A DNA stretch of 57,520 bases, from the NCBI GenBank assembly GCA_020062425.1, contig JAGUWJ010000070.1:1-57520 (forward strand). The letters run 5' to 3'. This stretch comes from Actinomycetota bacterium (GTDB lineage Bacteria > Actinomycetota > Geothermincolia > Fen-727 > Anoxymicrobiaceae). Under the pieces are notes generated by a model. That model saw nothing but the letters and a program-made list of their open reading frames with translations, had not been told where the DNA came from and ran no database searches. The translations under genes and the position numbers were made by a program. Position 1 is the first letter of the stretch. Each line of letters begins with the position of its first letter. Below, piece after piece: positions 9,422 to 18,803 of the stretch.

Positions 9422-10572
9422 TCGCGCGCGTCAATCATCTCTGTATTGAATGCATCGATATACTTCGAATAGGCGAAGATCTTGTTCCTCTTCCTGCCCG
9501 TGATCTCTTCGAGTATCCCAAGTTTCGTCAGCTTTCCGATCAACGCAATGGCATTTGGATTGCTCAAGCCAACAATCGTTTCTACGTCCTTTATGCGAAC
9601 AAGGGGGCTGCGATGGAGATGGCCCATTAGCTTTAGAGCTTTTTCGCTCGCCGCACCGATGCCCGCAATGGACCGCATGTCCTCCTCTCGCAGCCGGATG
9701 ACTCGCTCGGCGGTGTCGGCGGCGCTTTCCGCGGTCAGGGCAATGCCCTCCAGGAAGAACCTGAGCCACCCCTCGATGTCGTCTTGCGTAAGGGCGGAGT
9801 TAAGCCGGTCGTAATACTCCTGCCGGTGAACCCTGAAGAACTCAGACAGGTACAGCAGAGGCTTCTTCATAACGCCCTGCTCGCATAGGTAGAAGGTTAT
9901 GAGGAGCCTGCCTATGCGGCCGTTTCCGTCGAGAAAAGGGTGGATGGCCTCGAACTGCAAGTGGATCAGCGCCGTTTTTATGAGCATGGGTGCGGGGTTC
10001 CTATCGTGCATATACTCCTCGAGGTTGTGCAGCAGCGGCATGATCTGGTGCGCGGGAGGCGGCACGAACGAAGCGGTCGCGATAGAGTGCCCGCCTATCC
10101 AGTTCTGGCTTTTTCTGAACACCCCCGGCGTCTTTCCCTCACCCCTGACACCCTGTAGCAGGACCCCATGTATCTCCCTTATCAGTCTGAGTGAAAGCGG
10201 GAGATCGCTGAGTCTATCGATTCCGTAGTTCATCGCCTTGATGTAGTTCTGTATCTCGTCGACGTCGCTGTGTATCTCCACGTCAGCGATTCTCGCCTCC
10301 GCTTTCAACAAGTCCGAGAACGTAGCCATGGTGCCTTCGACCTGGCTTGAAAGGGTCGCCTCTTTGCTTATGTACATGAGGACGAAGAAATCGACATCGG
10401 GGAGTATCTGAGAGATCCCGTCCAGCCTGCCGACTGCCTGGTCGGCCTCTGACAGTCGAGCCTGCAGGACGTCGTCCATCTTGATCTTGAGCGGCAGTTC
10501 GCTGGGGACAAAAGCCTTATATCTGGCCTTGCCGCTGGACTGCACGATGAATCGTCCCGCTCGCACGTGCAC
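9418..10572 (-). CDS. Fic family protein
   Basis: Canonical HPFLDGNGRIGR motif, EATLSSQVEG N-terminal motif and C-terminal HTH ending ITGRKRNKIFAY. Confidence 0.95.
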   Translation of the reverse strand: MHVRAGRFIVQSSGKARYKAFVPSELPLKIKMDDVLQARLSEADQAVGRLDGISQILPDVDFFVLMYISKEATLSSQVEGTMATFSDLLKAEARIADVEIHSDVDEIQNYIKAMNYGIDRLSDLPLSLRLIREIHGVLLQGVRGEGKTPGVFRKSQNWIGGHSIATASFVPPPAHQIMPLLHNLEEYMHDRNPAPMLIKTALIHLQFEAIHPFLDGNGRIGRLLITFYLCEQGVMKKPLLYLSEFFRVHRQEYYDRLNSALTQDDIEGWLRFFLEGIALTAESAADTAERVIRLREEDMRSIAGIGAASEKALKLMGHLHRSPLVRIKDVETIVGLSNPNAIALIGKLTKLGILEEITGRKRNKIFAYSKYIDAFNTEMIDARE

Positions 10573-10584
10573 CTCCCTTCCTAT

Positions 10585-10621
10585 CCTTATCTACGATATT
10601 AATCAATAATCGTAGATAAGG
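10585..10621. promoter_or_regulatory. perfect 13-bp inverted repeat upstream of fic (putative operator)
   Basis: CCTTATCTACGAT-11 nt AT-rich spacer-ATCGTAGATAAGG, immediately upstream of the fic RBS. Confidence 0.65.
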
Positions 10622-10666
10622 CAAGAGTTGCCTACGGGGGGCGTAGATTACCGCGATAGCCCGGCT

Positions 10667-11068
10667 TCACTGAGAACTCCCGGTCAGAGCGTCCTCTATG
10701 GCTTTGAGCACGCCCTTGCCGCTGACCGTGGCGCCGGATACAGTGTCCACCTCCAGCGTCTGCCCGTCGATGACCCTCTGAACCACAGTCTCCATCTGTT
10801 TCCTGTTTGTACTTCCTTCGACGATTGTTACCTCTTCTATCTTGCCGCCTTTGACGGTGACATCCACGGTGGCGGTGACGTGGAAGTACGCGTACTCTCC
10901 TCGGTACTTGCCGTCGGGGACCCTGGAGGCGCCAACAGCCTTTACCGTGATGTTCTTGGAGCCGTTCCAGAAGTGCCAAGCGTAAAGGCCGCCAGCTATC
11001 ACCACCAGCAGTAGCAGGACGATGACCACCAAGACGATCCCGAGTGCTATTTTGCCTTTCCTGCTCAT
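10667..11068 (-). CDS. membrane-anchored FMN-binding domain protein
   Basis: N-terminal TM helix, DGKYRGE, and flavinylation motif VDTVSGATVS; AAGGAGG RBS before ATG 11068. Confidence 0.88.
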   Translation of the reverse strand: MSRKGKIALGIVLVVIVLLLLVVIAGGLYAWHFWNGSKNITVKAVGASRVPDGKYRGEYAYFHVTATVDVTVKGGKIEEVTIVEGSTNRKQMETVVQRVIDGQTLEVDTVSGATVSGKGVLKAIEDALTGSSQ

Positions 11069-11078
11069 GCGAGCCTCC

Positions 11079-11879
11079 TTATTCCTTCCCACCTCTTGCC
11101 TTGTAAATGCGACCAAATATCAGGTCGAAAAGCCAGCCGGCTGCCTTCTTGAGAACACCCAGGTGGGTCGGGTAGTAGTAATCGGATTCGAGCCAGCCGT
11201 GTTCCTGATAGTAGGTGTAATCCTTTTCGCTCTCATCGAGTGTGTGCCTTACGCTCTGACGGCCCATCCTGAAACCCATCAGCATGAACATGCTCGGGGC
11301 ATGGTTGCCAGGCTTAGCCAGCGTCTTGTGGAAGTGCTCGCTCTGCTTTTTAAGAGCCTTGTTTCGCTTCTTCTCTTCTTCCTCCACCATCGGCTCGAGG
11401 GCGGTTGCGACGGTGCCTTTGACCACGTCGAACCCGAGGCCTTTCCCCACGAAGCTCAAGTACTTCACTATCTTCCCGCCCCCGTAAAAGCCCTGGACGA
11501 TGATGCTGGTGAACGCCTTCCCGTGGAAGCGGGGTCGGTGGAACAGGAAGCCCAGCCTGTCGAGAAACGTCTTCATCGTCCCCGAGACCTGGAACGAGTA
11601 GTTCGGCGAGGCGAATACCACCCCGTCGGAGGCCATGATCTTATCGATGAGCACGTCCCGGTCGTCTTTCAGGGGGCAGAACTCCTCGCCCTTCGCGAAG
11701 CACGTCTTGCATCCCCGGCAGGACTCGATACGGTAGTCGCTCAGGGCCACTATCTCGCACTCGACTCCGCCCAGTGCCTCCAGCCTCTCGAGGAACTCGC
11801 GGACGGCGTTGTAGGTATGTTTCTTACGGGGAGTCCCGACAAAAGCAGTTATCTTCTTCACCGCGGCATTCTCTGGCAT
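11079..11879 (-). CDS. flavodoxin family / iron-sulfur flavoprotein (NADPH-dependent FMN reductase-like)
   Basis: GTPRKKHT, CRGCKTCF...CPLKDD, DGVVFASPNY...MKTFLDR. Confidence 0.9.
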   Translation of the reverse strand: MPENAAVKKITAFVGTPRKKHTYNAVREFLERLEALGGVECEIVALSDYRIESCRGCKTCFAKGEEFCPLKDDRDVLIDKIMASDGVVFASPNYSFQVSGTMKTFLDRLGFLFHRPRFHGKAFTSIIVQGFYGGGKIVKYLSFVGKGLGFDVVKGTVATALEPMVEEEEKKRNKALKKQSEHFHKTLAKPGNHAPSMFMLMGFRMGRQSVRHTLDESEKDYTYYQEHGWLESDYYYPTHLGVLKKAAGWLFDLIFGRIYKARGGKE

Positions 11880-12004
11880 GATGCTTGCTCCTTCTCAATC
11901 GGGTGGAATCCCCGCCCGGGACTGGACAGCCCTTATAGGCCAGTCTGGCTAATGCTGGTAGAATATCAGTGCTAAATCAGCTCGTTCAACAATGGAGGCC
12001 AGCC

Positions 12005-13786
12005 ATGGACGCAAAGGGCAATCCGGAAAACCTGGTGGAGATGTTCGAGAGAAGCGTCAAGCGCTTCGCCAACAACAAGCTTTTCGGCGTCAAGAACGCC
12101 GCAGGCGAGTACGAGTGGATCACCTACAAGGAAGTGGGCAAGCGGGTGGACGACCTGCGCGCCGGGCTCGCCGCGGAGGGGTTGAAGAAGGGCGATACCA
12201 TCGGTCTCATCGCCAACAACCGCGTAGAGTGGGCGCTTGCGGCGTACGCCACCTACAGCCTGGGCGCGCGGTTCGTACCCATGTACGAGGCGGAGCTCAC
12301 CAGCACCTGGGAGTACATAATAAAGGACAGCGGCATCAAGGCGCTGTTCGTCTCCAAGCCGGAGATAGTGGAGAAGGTCAACACGTTCCGGGAGCGGACC
12401 CGCGCGCTGGAGAAGATATTCCTCATCGAGGGCGAGGGCCCCGGCACCATAGCCGACCTCGAGGCGAAGGGCAGGGAGAACCCGGTGCCCTCGGTCCAGC
12501 CCGAGAGCCCAGACGAGATAGCCGTGCTCATCTACACATCGGGGACCACGGGAGAGCCCAAGGGCGTGCTGCTCTCGCACGGGAACCTGACCAGCAACGT
12601 GGTGGACGCCAGCAGCTGCATCGACGTCTCGGACAAGGACCGCAGCCTGGCCATCCTCCCCTGGGCGCACTCCTTCGGCCAGACCGCCGACCTGAACGGC
12701 TTCATCCTCATCGGCGGCTCCATCGCACTGGTGGGGAGCGTTGATACAATCGTGGAAGACCTGGAGAAAGCGCAGCCCACGTTCCTCATCGCAGTGCCCC
12801 GCATCTTCAACAGGGTGTATGACGGCCTGTGGGAGAAGATGAACGAGGAGGGCGGCCTGCCGCGGAAGCTGTTCGTGATGGGCGTGGAGGCCGCCAGGCA
12901 GAAGCGAGAGCTCGCCGAGCAGGGCAAGAGCAGCTTTATGGTCAACCTCAAGTTCGGACTAGCCGACGCGCTGGTGTTCAAGAAGATCCGCGCGAAGTTC
13001 GGCGGCAAAATCAGGGGCGCGGTCACGGGAAGCGCCATGATGAACCCAGAGATAGCGCACTTCTTCTCGGACATCGGCATACCCACCTACGACTGCTACG
13101 GCTTGACCGAGACCTCGCCGGCCGCCACCATGAACCAGCCGGGCATGCACAAGATCGGCACGGTGGGCGCCGCCATTCCCAACTGCAGGATAGAGATAGA
13201 CACCTCGGTGGTGGAGCCCGGCGCCGAAGACGGCGAGATAATCGTGTACGGTCCCATGGTCATGAAGGGTTACTGGAACAAGCCCGAGGACACCGCGGCT
13301 GTCATGACCCCCGATGGCGGCTTCCGTACCGGCGACCGGGGCAGGCTCGACGAGGACGGGTTCCTCCTCATCACCGGCAGGATAAAGGAGCAGTTCAAGC
13401 TGCTCAACGGCAAGTACGTCTTCCCCGCTTCCATCGAGGAGGACATAAAGCTCATCCCGCTGGTGGCGAACGCTATGATCTACGGTGAGGGCAAGGACTA
13501 CAACGTCTGCCTGGTCGTGCCGGACTTCGCGGTCTGCGCGAAAGAGTGCGGCAAGACCCTCGACCCCGCGGCGATGGTCGCCGACAAGGAACTGTGCAAG
13601 ATGATCGAGGACCGCATAGTAGAAACACTCAAGGGCAGCTACGGCAATTACGAGATACCGAAGAAGTTCATCTTCCTGGCAGAGGACTTCACCGTCGATA
13701 ACGGGATGCTCACCCAGACCCTGAAGCTCAAGCGCCGGGCGGTCGTGGACACGTTCGGGGAAGAGATCCAGGGCGCCTACAAGTAG
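12005..13786 (+). CDS. fadD: long-chain fatty acid--CoA ligase
   Basis: AMP-binding motif IYTSGTTGEPKG, YGLTET, FRTGDRG, LTQTLKLKR; GGAGG RBS before ATG 12005. Confidence 0.9.
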   Translation: MDAKGNPENLVEMFERSVKRFANNKLFGVKNAAGEYEWITYKEVGKRVDDLRAGLAAEGLKKGDTIGLIANNRVEWALAAYATYSLGARFVPMYEAELTSTWEYIIKDSGIKALFVSKPEIVEKVNTFRERTRALEKIFLIEGEGPGTIADLEAKGRENPVPSVQPESPDEIAVLIYTSGTTGEPKGVLLSHGNLTSNVVDASSCIDVSDKDRSLAILPWAHSFGQTADLNGFILIGGSIALVGSVDTIVEDLEKAQPTFLIAVPRIFNRVYDGLWEKMNEEGGLPRKLFVMGVEAARQKRELAEQGKSSFMVNLKFGLADALVFKKIRAKFGGKIRGAVTGSAMMNPEIAHFFSDIGIPTYDCYGLTETSPAATMNQPGMHKIGTVGAAIPNCRIEIDTSVVEPGAEDGEIIVYGPMVMKGYWNKPEDTAAVMTPDGGFRTGDRGRLDEDGFLLITGRIKEQFKLLNGKYVFPASIEEDIKLIPLVANAMIYGEGKDYNVCLVVPDFAVCAKECGKTLDPAAMVADKELCKMIEDRIVETLKGSYGNYEIPKKFIFLAEDFTVDNGMLTQTLKLKRRAVVDTFGEEIQGAYK

Positions 13787-13846
13787 GACTCATCCGGGTC
13801 AGAGAGCAATAGCCGAATAGCGCGAGAGCGGATGATCGCCGTGCAA

Positions 13847-14914
13847 CTAAGCCGGCGTAACCTCCATCTCCAGGTCGCCGGCCTCTGAGAACGTCCATTC
13901 AACCGTGCTGTCCACGCCATGTGCCGTCTCGAAAATACCCTGAAAGAAACCGATCGTCATGAGATGCATCGGTGCATTTTCCATACGCACGCTCAAGCCG
14001 GCCTTCTCCATGTCAAAGCGTCTTAGATTACCGGCACCGCGCAGGGCCAGGGCGTCGCGGAATGCGGCTTCATCGACCAGGTCGCGGGGGGTGAAAAAAC
14101 CTCTGGTGAAGCGCCGCTGCGCGTCGATTATCGCATCCGTTATGTCTTCCCCCAGCTCGTTCTCCAGCTCCCCGAACACCGCGTCCAGCACCGTGGGGGC
14201 GAAGACAACCATGCGCCTTCCGTTGCGCTTGTCGTTTATGAGCCCCTTCTCCAGGTCCCACTGGAAGTTCGAGAGCACCAGCGGGCCCCCGCATGACGAG
14301 CAGGTCTCGAGCTCAATGTCGCCCGGGCCGGGCTCGAATGATTTCATCATGAGCCTTCCCTTGAACTCCTCGGGGTGGCTCTCCCGGACTATCCGGATAT
14401 CGTAGACGTCGTCTGAGACTTCCTCGTAGGAAAAGCCCAGTTCGGCGCCGATCATTGCTTCCACGGCCGCGGCCGGATCTGCGCTTCCCAGCAGTATAGA
14501 ATAAGGTTTCTCGATGCGTATGATAAAAAAGTCGTCATCGTTATACTCCAGGCGGTAGTCCACCAGCTCGAAGCGCCCGTACCCCAGGACATGCCCGATG
14601 GTGAAGAACGCCTCTGCGAGCGGCAACAGGTCCAGACCCTGCTTCTGGACCATCTCTCTGACTTCATCGGGAATCACACGGGCCATGTAGGCGCGGCTGG
14701 CCCTGCGTCGGGCCGCCAGGATTATCCGTTCGATGGGAGTCCCTACTATTTCCTCGATACCGCTCAGGAGCGCGTTGAGGTTGTCGCTCTCCATGAAGGT
14801 AGCCGTATGCCGCTGGTCCCTTCGCTGCACTATCAAGCCATTCTTCTGCCACTGCATATCGGAATTCAGATACTCGGGAACCCCGCATTCAGGGCAAGTC
14901 TTTACGTCCTGCAT
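13847..14914 (-). CDS. hypothetical protein with two internal CxxC-led repeats (possibly V4R/TRAPP-like fold)
   Basis: AGGAG RBS before ATG 14914; repeat 1 begins TCPECGVP and repeat 2 begins TCSSCGGP, with parallel W...GLI...R...G..I...I..A.RR pattern. Confidence 0.75.
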   Translation of the reverse strand: MQDVKTCPECGVPEYLNSDMQWQKNGLIVQRRDQRHTATFMESDNLNALLSGIEEIVGTPIERIILAARRRASRAYMARVIPDEVREMVQKQGLDLLPLAEAFFTIGHVLGYGRFELVDYRLEYNDDDFFIIRIEKPYSILLGSADPAAAVEAMIGAELGFSYEEVSDDVYDIRIVRESHPEEFKGRLMMKSFEPGPGDIELETCSSCGGPLVLSNFQWDLEKGLINDKRNGRRMVVFAPTVLDAVFGELENELGEDITDAIIDAQRRFTRGFFTPRDLVDEAAFRDALALRGAGNLRRFDMEKAGLSVRMENAPMHLMTIGFFQGIFETAHGVDSTVEWTFSEAGDLEMEVTPA

Positions 14915-15014
14915 ATGCGCATCCACTCCTCTCGAGGGACACTTCGGACACTTCCAATATGCACCGTGTGATTCTACTATGTTACGCCATTCCAGGCACA
15001 TCTACACTCCAGAG

Positions 15015-15023
15015 TGGTATAAT
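15015..15023 (+). promoter_or_regulatory. extended -10 promoter (TGGTATAAT)
   Basis: Perfect TGnTATAAT about 190 nt upstream of the 15216 ORF. Confidence 0.55.
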
Positions 15024-15215
15024 TCCGAGCACGGCAACTGATCTGAAAACCACACACGAGCTGACAAGAATCAGTGGATGTGCGGTCTTTGCGCTCGCCT
15101 TGATATGCGCTCCCGGACTTGGATGCACGACGTCTGCTGCTAGCGGAGGGGGTGACATGAGGCAGCAGTCCGGTATCGGGCAGGTGGATGGAAAAGATGA
15201 CATGGGGTGTAGGAA

Positions 15216-15524
15216 ATGATACTCATGGTGACGGGGACCTATCCAATGACTTCTATCGATGAGTCCGTCAAAGTGTTCCTGGAGGTCATGAAAACTCCGC
15301 AACCGGATTACATCGAGACTCTTGGTTTCTATAACGCCTGGGGCGGCGAAGGGATCACCTTCTACATGATCCTCGACATTCCGGATGGGAAGATAGACGA
15401 CGGCCTGAGAGATATCACGGGCCACCTGGCCAATTACAGGTCTGTCGATGGATACAAGGTTCGCTACGAGATACTCTCAACCGTCGAAGACTCCCTGGCC
15501 TTCCTGGGTAAACAGATGCCTTGA
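15216..15524 (+). CDS. small hypothetical protein (alternating beta/alpha pattern)
   Basis: 102-aa ORF with normal composition downstream of a good promoter. Confidence 0.7.
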   Translation: MILMVTGTYPMTSIDESVKVFLEVMKTPQPDYIETLGFYNAWGGEGITFYMILDIPDGKIDDGLRDITGHLANYRSVDGYKVRYEILSTVEDSLAFLGKQMP

Positions 15525-15736
15525 GCCCGAACCAGTCGATATTTGAACCGGTCGAATCTGACCGGAACAAAGATAGGGAGGCGGGAAACCGCCTCTCTTC
15601 TTTCATGAACGGACCTTCAAGTTAGGATTGCTAGGCCGGACCACCCAGGTTGTCAAACCTTATGTTTTCTTGTAACTAATACGTGTGAACATATTCCCGG
15701 CTGCGGGCAGACGACAAGGGAGGCTGGCATGAAGGA

Positions 15737-16153
15737 CTACTTCTTCGACGGGGGGTCCACGCCCAGGCCGATGCAGACGCCATCGAGCGCGCTTTCGAAC
15801 GACCTGTATTCGTCCTGGTCATATTCCGACTCCCTGTAGAAGTCCTTGAGGTTCCGGCGGACCCTCGAGCGGACCTGGACGAAGACTATCCCGGCGAACA
15901 GCAGCAGGATGCCTGCGATGGCGAGAACTGCTACCGCCATGTTGAAGTCGCTTATCGACTCGAAGAGCCAGCACCGGCCCTGTGCGATAGCGACCAGCAG
16001 CATGGTGAGCGACAGGATGATACCGAAGATGAGCGGCGCCGGTATCGCCGCCATATATATGCGCGAGGTGATAGTGTAGAAACGGATTCGCTCGATGGCC
16101 TCAGTGCCCAGCTCCACGCGAGGTACCCCCCGTCTGGCTGTGCGATTCGACAC
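15737..16153 (-). CDS. hypothetical two-TM membrane protein, possibly a truncated M48/HtpX-like N-terminus
   Basis: Two hydrophobic helices, then ALDGVCIGLGVDPP and a stop. Confidence 0.5.
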   Translation of the reverse strand: MSNRTARRGVPRVELGTEAIERIRFYTITSRIYMAAIPAPLIFGIILSLTMLLVAIAQGRCWLFESISDFNMAVAVLAIAGILLLFAGIVFVQVRSRVRRNLKDFYRESEYDQDEYRSFESALDGVCIGLGVDPPSKK

Positions 16154-16234
16154 CTGTACCGCGTTAGGCTCCTATATGGTAACCTATGAGAGGCCCAGAA
16201 ACGTCTGGGCAATTATTTATTTCAGGAGAAGAAC

Positions 16235-16711
16235 ATGGAACACGAGCCCGTACTCACGTCCGAAGGCATGCAGGCGCTCAGGGAGAAGTTGGAGTATCTG
16301 GAGACCACCAGGCGCCGCGAGGTCTCGGAGCAGATGAAGAAAGCCCTCGACCACGGGGACCTTTCAGAGAATGCCGAATACGACGAAGCGCGAAACGCCT
16401 ACATGAAGCTGGAGAGGCAGATAAACGAGACTGCTTCGCTTATCGCCAGGGCCAGGGTCGTCGAGGATGGCGAGATCAGCACAGAGGCGGTGGGCGTGGG
16501 GTCGCTTGTTCAGGTAGAGGACATCGAGAACGGAGGCGCGACACAGGAGTTCAGGCTGGTCGGCCCCACCGAGTCGAACCCCGGGGAAGGCAAGATATCC
16601 CACCTCTGCCCCATCGGGATGTCGCTCATGAATTCCAGGCTGGGCGACGTCGTGTCTGTAAAGACCCCTGGCGGGCTCAGGAAGTACAGGATAGTCTCCA
16701 TAAACAAGTGA
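16235..16711 (+). CDS. greA: transcription elongation factor GreA
   Basis: HGDLSENAEYDEAR motif, VGVGSLV, KIS..CPIG.SL; AGGAG RBS. Confidence 0.95.
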   Translation: MEHEPVLTSEGMQALREKLEYLETTRRREVSEQMKKALDHGDLSENAEYDEARNAYMKLERQINETASLIARARVVEDGEISTEAVGVGSLVQVEDIENGGATQEFRLVGPTESNPGEGKISHLCPIGMSLMNSRLGDVVSVKTPGGLRKYRIVSINK

Positions 16712-16797
16712 TCTTCATCTGGGGTCCATCTTCCCCTGTTCAGCTAAAGGACACTTCCCTTGGTGCCTGACACCAACGGAAGACACCAACGGAAATT

Positions 16798-18666
16798 TCA
16801 GTTCGAGTTGGGCACCACCGGCAGGATCACCCGTGAGGCCGCGCCCAGCCGCCTCTGGACCGAGATGGCACTCGCGGTCCAGTTAGGCCAGCAGGTGATG
16901 AGGTCCGCCGTGGCTAGCTTCAGCCTGACGCGGCTCCCCGCCTTGAACTTGTGATAGACGGCCTGCATCTCAACGGGCTCGGCCGTGCGGCCGAACGCTC
17001 CACGCTTGGTGCTGTAGCCCTCGAACCACCCGCGCGAGACGAACGTCTCCTTCCCGTCCGGGCCCACCTCGAAGAGCCACGGTATGAGCTGGGTGAAGTT
17101 GGCAGTAGAGTAGTAGAAAGCCTCGAAACGGGGAGGGCCCATTATGGTCAATTCGCTCTTCAAAGGAGCGCTGGTGTATCGCATCTCTGTGTACGGTATG
17201 GTCATGAACTCCAGCCTGCGCGGGAAGTTCATCGCCGTCCCCCCGGTGAGCTGAGGCAGGTCCTGGAAGTAGAACAGCGAGATCGCCCCGGTCAGCCCCG
17301 TGTTGAGCATCGGGTCCTGACCGATGAGGTCCAGCGGGATACTGGTGCGCAGAGTGCCGCGCCCGTCAGGCCCCTTCCCACCAAGGTACAGGGAGGTCTT
17401 GCTGGTCGAGGGGAGCGGATACGCGGACGCGTGACCCAGGTTGTCAGGGGCGCCGCCTTTCCAGAACGCCACCGGAGGCTCGGCATCGACGCCGTTCTCG
17501 ATCCCCTTCAGGAAGCGGTCGAACCACCTGTCCACCTGCTCCCTGACCCACGCGCTCTCGGGGCTGCCCATATCAGCGGCAGGGTACGGCCCCGGGTAGC
17601 ACCCGAGGTGGCCGTGGTTCGTGATGATTATCCGCTTGGGGCCCGTGGTGTACTGGTACGCCATGAGGCCCTCGTTCGCGTAGAACAGGTCGTCGTTCCA
17701 GCCCGCCAGTATGAGCATCGGGGCGGTTATGGGGTGCTCCACCACCCCGTCATACTCAGCGTCGCACCAGTACCGTGCGGAGCGTACCCTCAAGAGCTGC
17801 TTTGCGTTCTCCTCCTCCGCCTTGTTGCGTTGGATGGCGACCCGGTAGATGTAGGCCAGCTTGTCGGTGACCCTGGTTATGGGTGGCACCATCTTCTGGA
17901 CCGCCTTGAGCAGCGCCTGAAGCTTCTGCATGCCGGTCATGGTCCTGTTCATGGCTATGGACATCAGGTTCAACATGAAGCCGGTGAAGTTGCCCATGTA
18001 CGTGGAAGCGAGCAGGGCGGTGGCCCAGAAGAACTTGACCACTCCGTTCGGGTAGAGCGAGAAGAGCAGGTCGAACGAGCCGTGCATGGGGATGACAGCC
18101 CTCAGGCGCTCGTCACCCGGGTCGCCCGGGCGGGGATCTTTCCTGGGAGCCTTCATGTAAGAGAAGCATCCTCCCATTGAGGCGCCGGTGATGCCGGCCA
18201 CCGCTCCCTTCCCGTCCGTGAGCAGCGGGAAGCGGATGTCGGCCTCGAGCAGGTCGATCAGGCAGCTCACGTCCCGCATATCCTTCTCGGGGTCCATACA
18301 GCCGACCTCGCCCCCCGCGCCGAACCAGCCGCGCGCGGTGAAAGCTACGCTGATGTATCCACGAGAGGCGTAGTATTTGGCCGCCCACTCCGACATGGTC
18401 TTATCGAGGGTCCAGCCGTGGATGACCAGTATCGCGGGGAACTTCTCATCGGGAGCCGCGTTGGAGGGGTAGAAGACCGAGACGGGAAGGGTGATGCCGT
18501 CCCACATGGTCCAGTCCTCTGTGACCTGGGCGACTTCGTAGACAGTCGCCTGCTCAGCTGCGGGGCTAACGGTGCCGGTCTCAGCCAGCGCGGTTACGCC
18601 GGATGTCAGCAGGAGCAGCATTACCAGCGTCAGAACGAGGATAATACGCAAACGTCGACCGTTCAT
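16798..18666 (-). CDS. secreted CocE/NonD (peptidase S15) family alpha/beta hydrolase
   Basis: Signal peptide, TMWDGITLPVSVFYP, nucleophile GASMGG, AGWNDDLF, C-terminal PepX-like jelly roll (FKAGSRVRLKL). Confidence 0.85.
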   Translation of the reverse strand: MNGRRLRIILVLTLVMLLLLTSGVTALAETGTVSPAAEQATVYEVAQVTEDWTMWDGITLPVSVFYPSNAAPDEKFPAILVIHGWTLDKTMSEWAAKYYASRGYISVAFTARGWFGAGGEVGCMDPEKDMRDVSCLIDLLEADIRFPLLTDGKGAVAGITGASMGGCFSYMKAPRKDPRPGDPGDERLRAVIPMHGSFDLLFSLYPNGVVKFFWATALLASTYMGNFTGFMLNLMSIAMNRTMTGMQKLQALLKAVQKMVPPITRVTDKLAYIYRVAIQRNKAEEENAKQLLRVRSARYWCDAEYDGVVEHPITAPMLILAGWNDDLFYANEGLMAYQYTTGPKRIIITNHGHLGCYPGPYPAADMGSPESAWVREQVDRWFDRFLKGIENGVDAEPPVAFWKGGAPDNLGHASAYPLPSTSKTSLYLGGKGPDGRGTLRTSIPLDLIGQDPMLNTGLTGAISLFYFQDLPQLTGGTAMNFPRRLEFMTIPYTEMRYTSAPLKSELTIMGPPRFEAFYYSTANFTQLIPWLFEVGPDGKETFVSRGWFEGYSTKRGAFGRTAEPVEMQAVYHKFKAGSRVRLKLATADLITCWPNWTASAISVQRRLGAASRVILPVVPNSN

Positions 18667-18803
18667 CTCAGATCCCTCCCCATAGAGATATGTCATTCCC
18701 AGTATCCGCACGCCGGTATTCTATCACACGCCATGAGATTCATCAGTTGCCATCGTCGCCATATGCGATAGAATTCACCCGAATTACAACTGGAGGCGCA
18801 CGC

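Noticed and set aside
14937-14954. GGACACTTC tandem 9-mer, with another GGACACTTCC near 16749
   Set aside because: Only two units; the third match is within chance expectation and in a different context
15025-15035. CCGAGCACGGC shared with 29023-29033
   Set aside because: An 11-mer GC-rich match with no flanking similarity and opposite orientation relative to the likely transcripts
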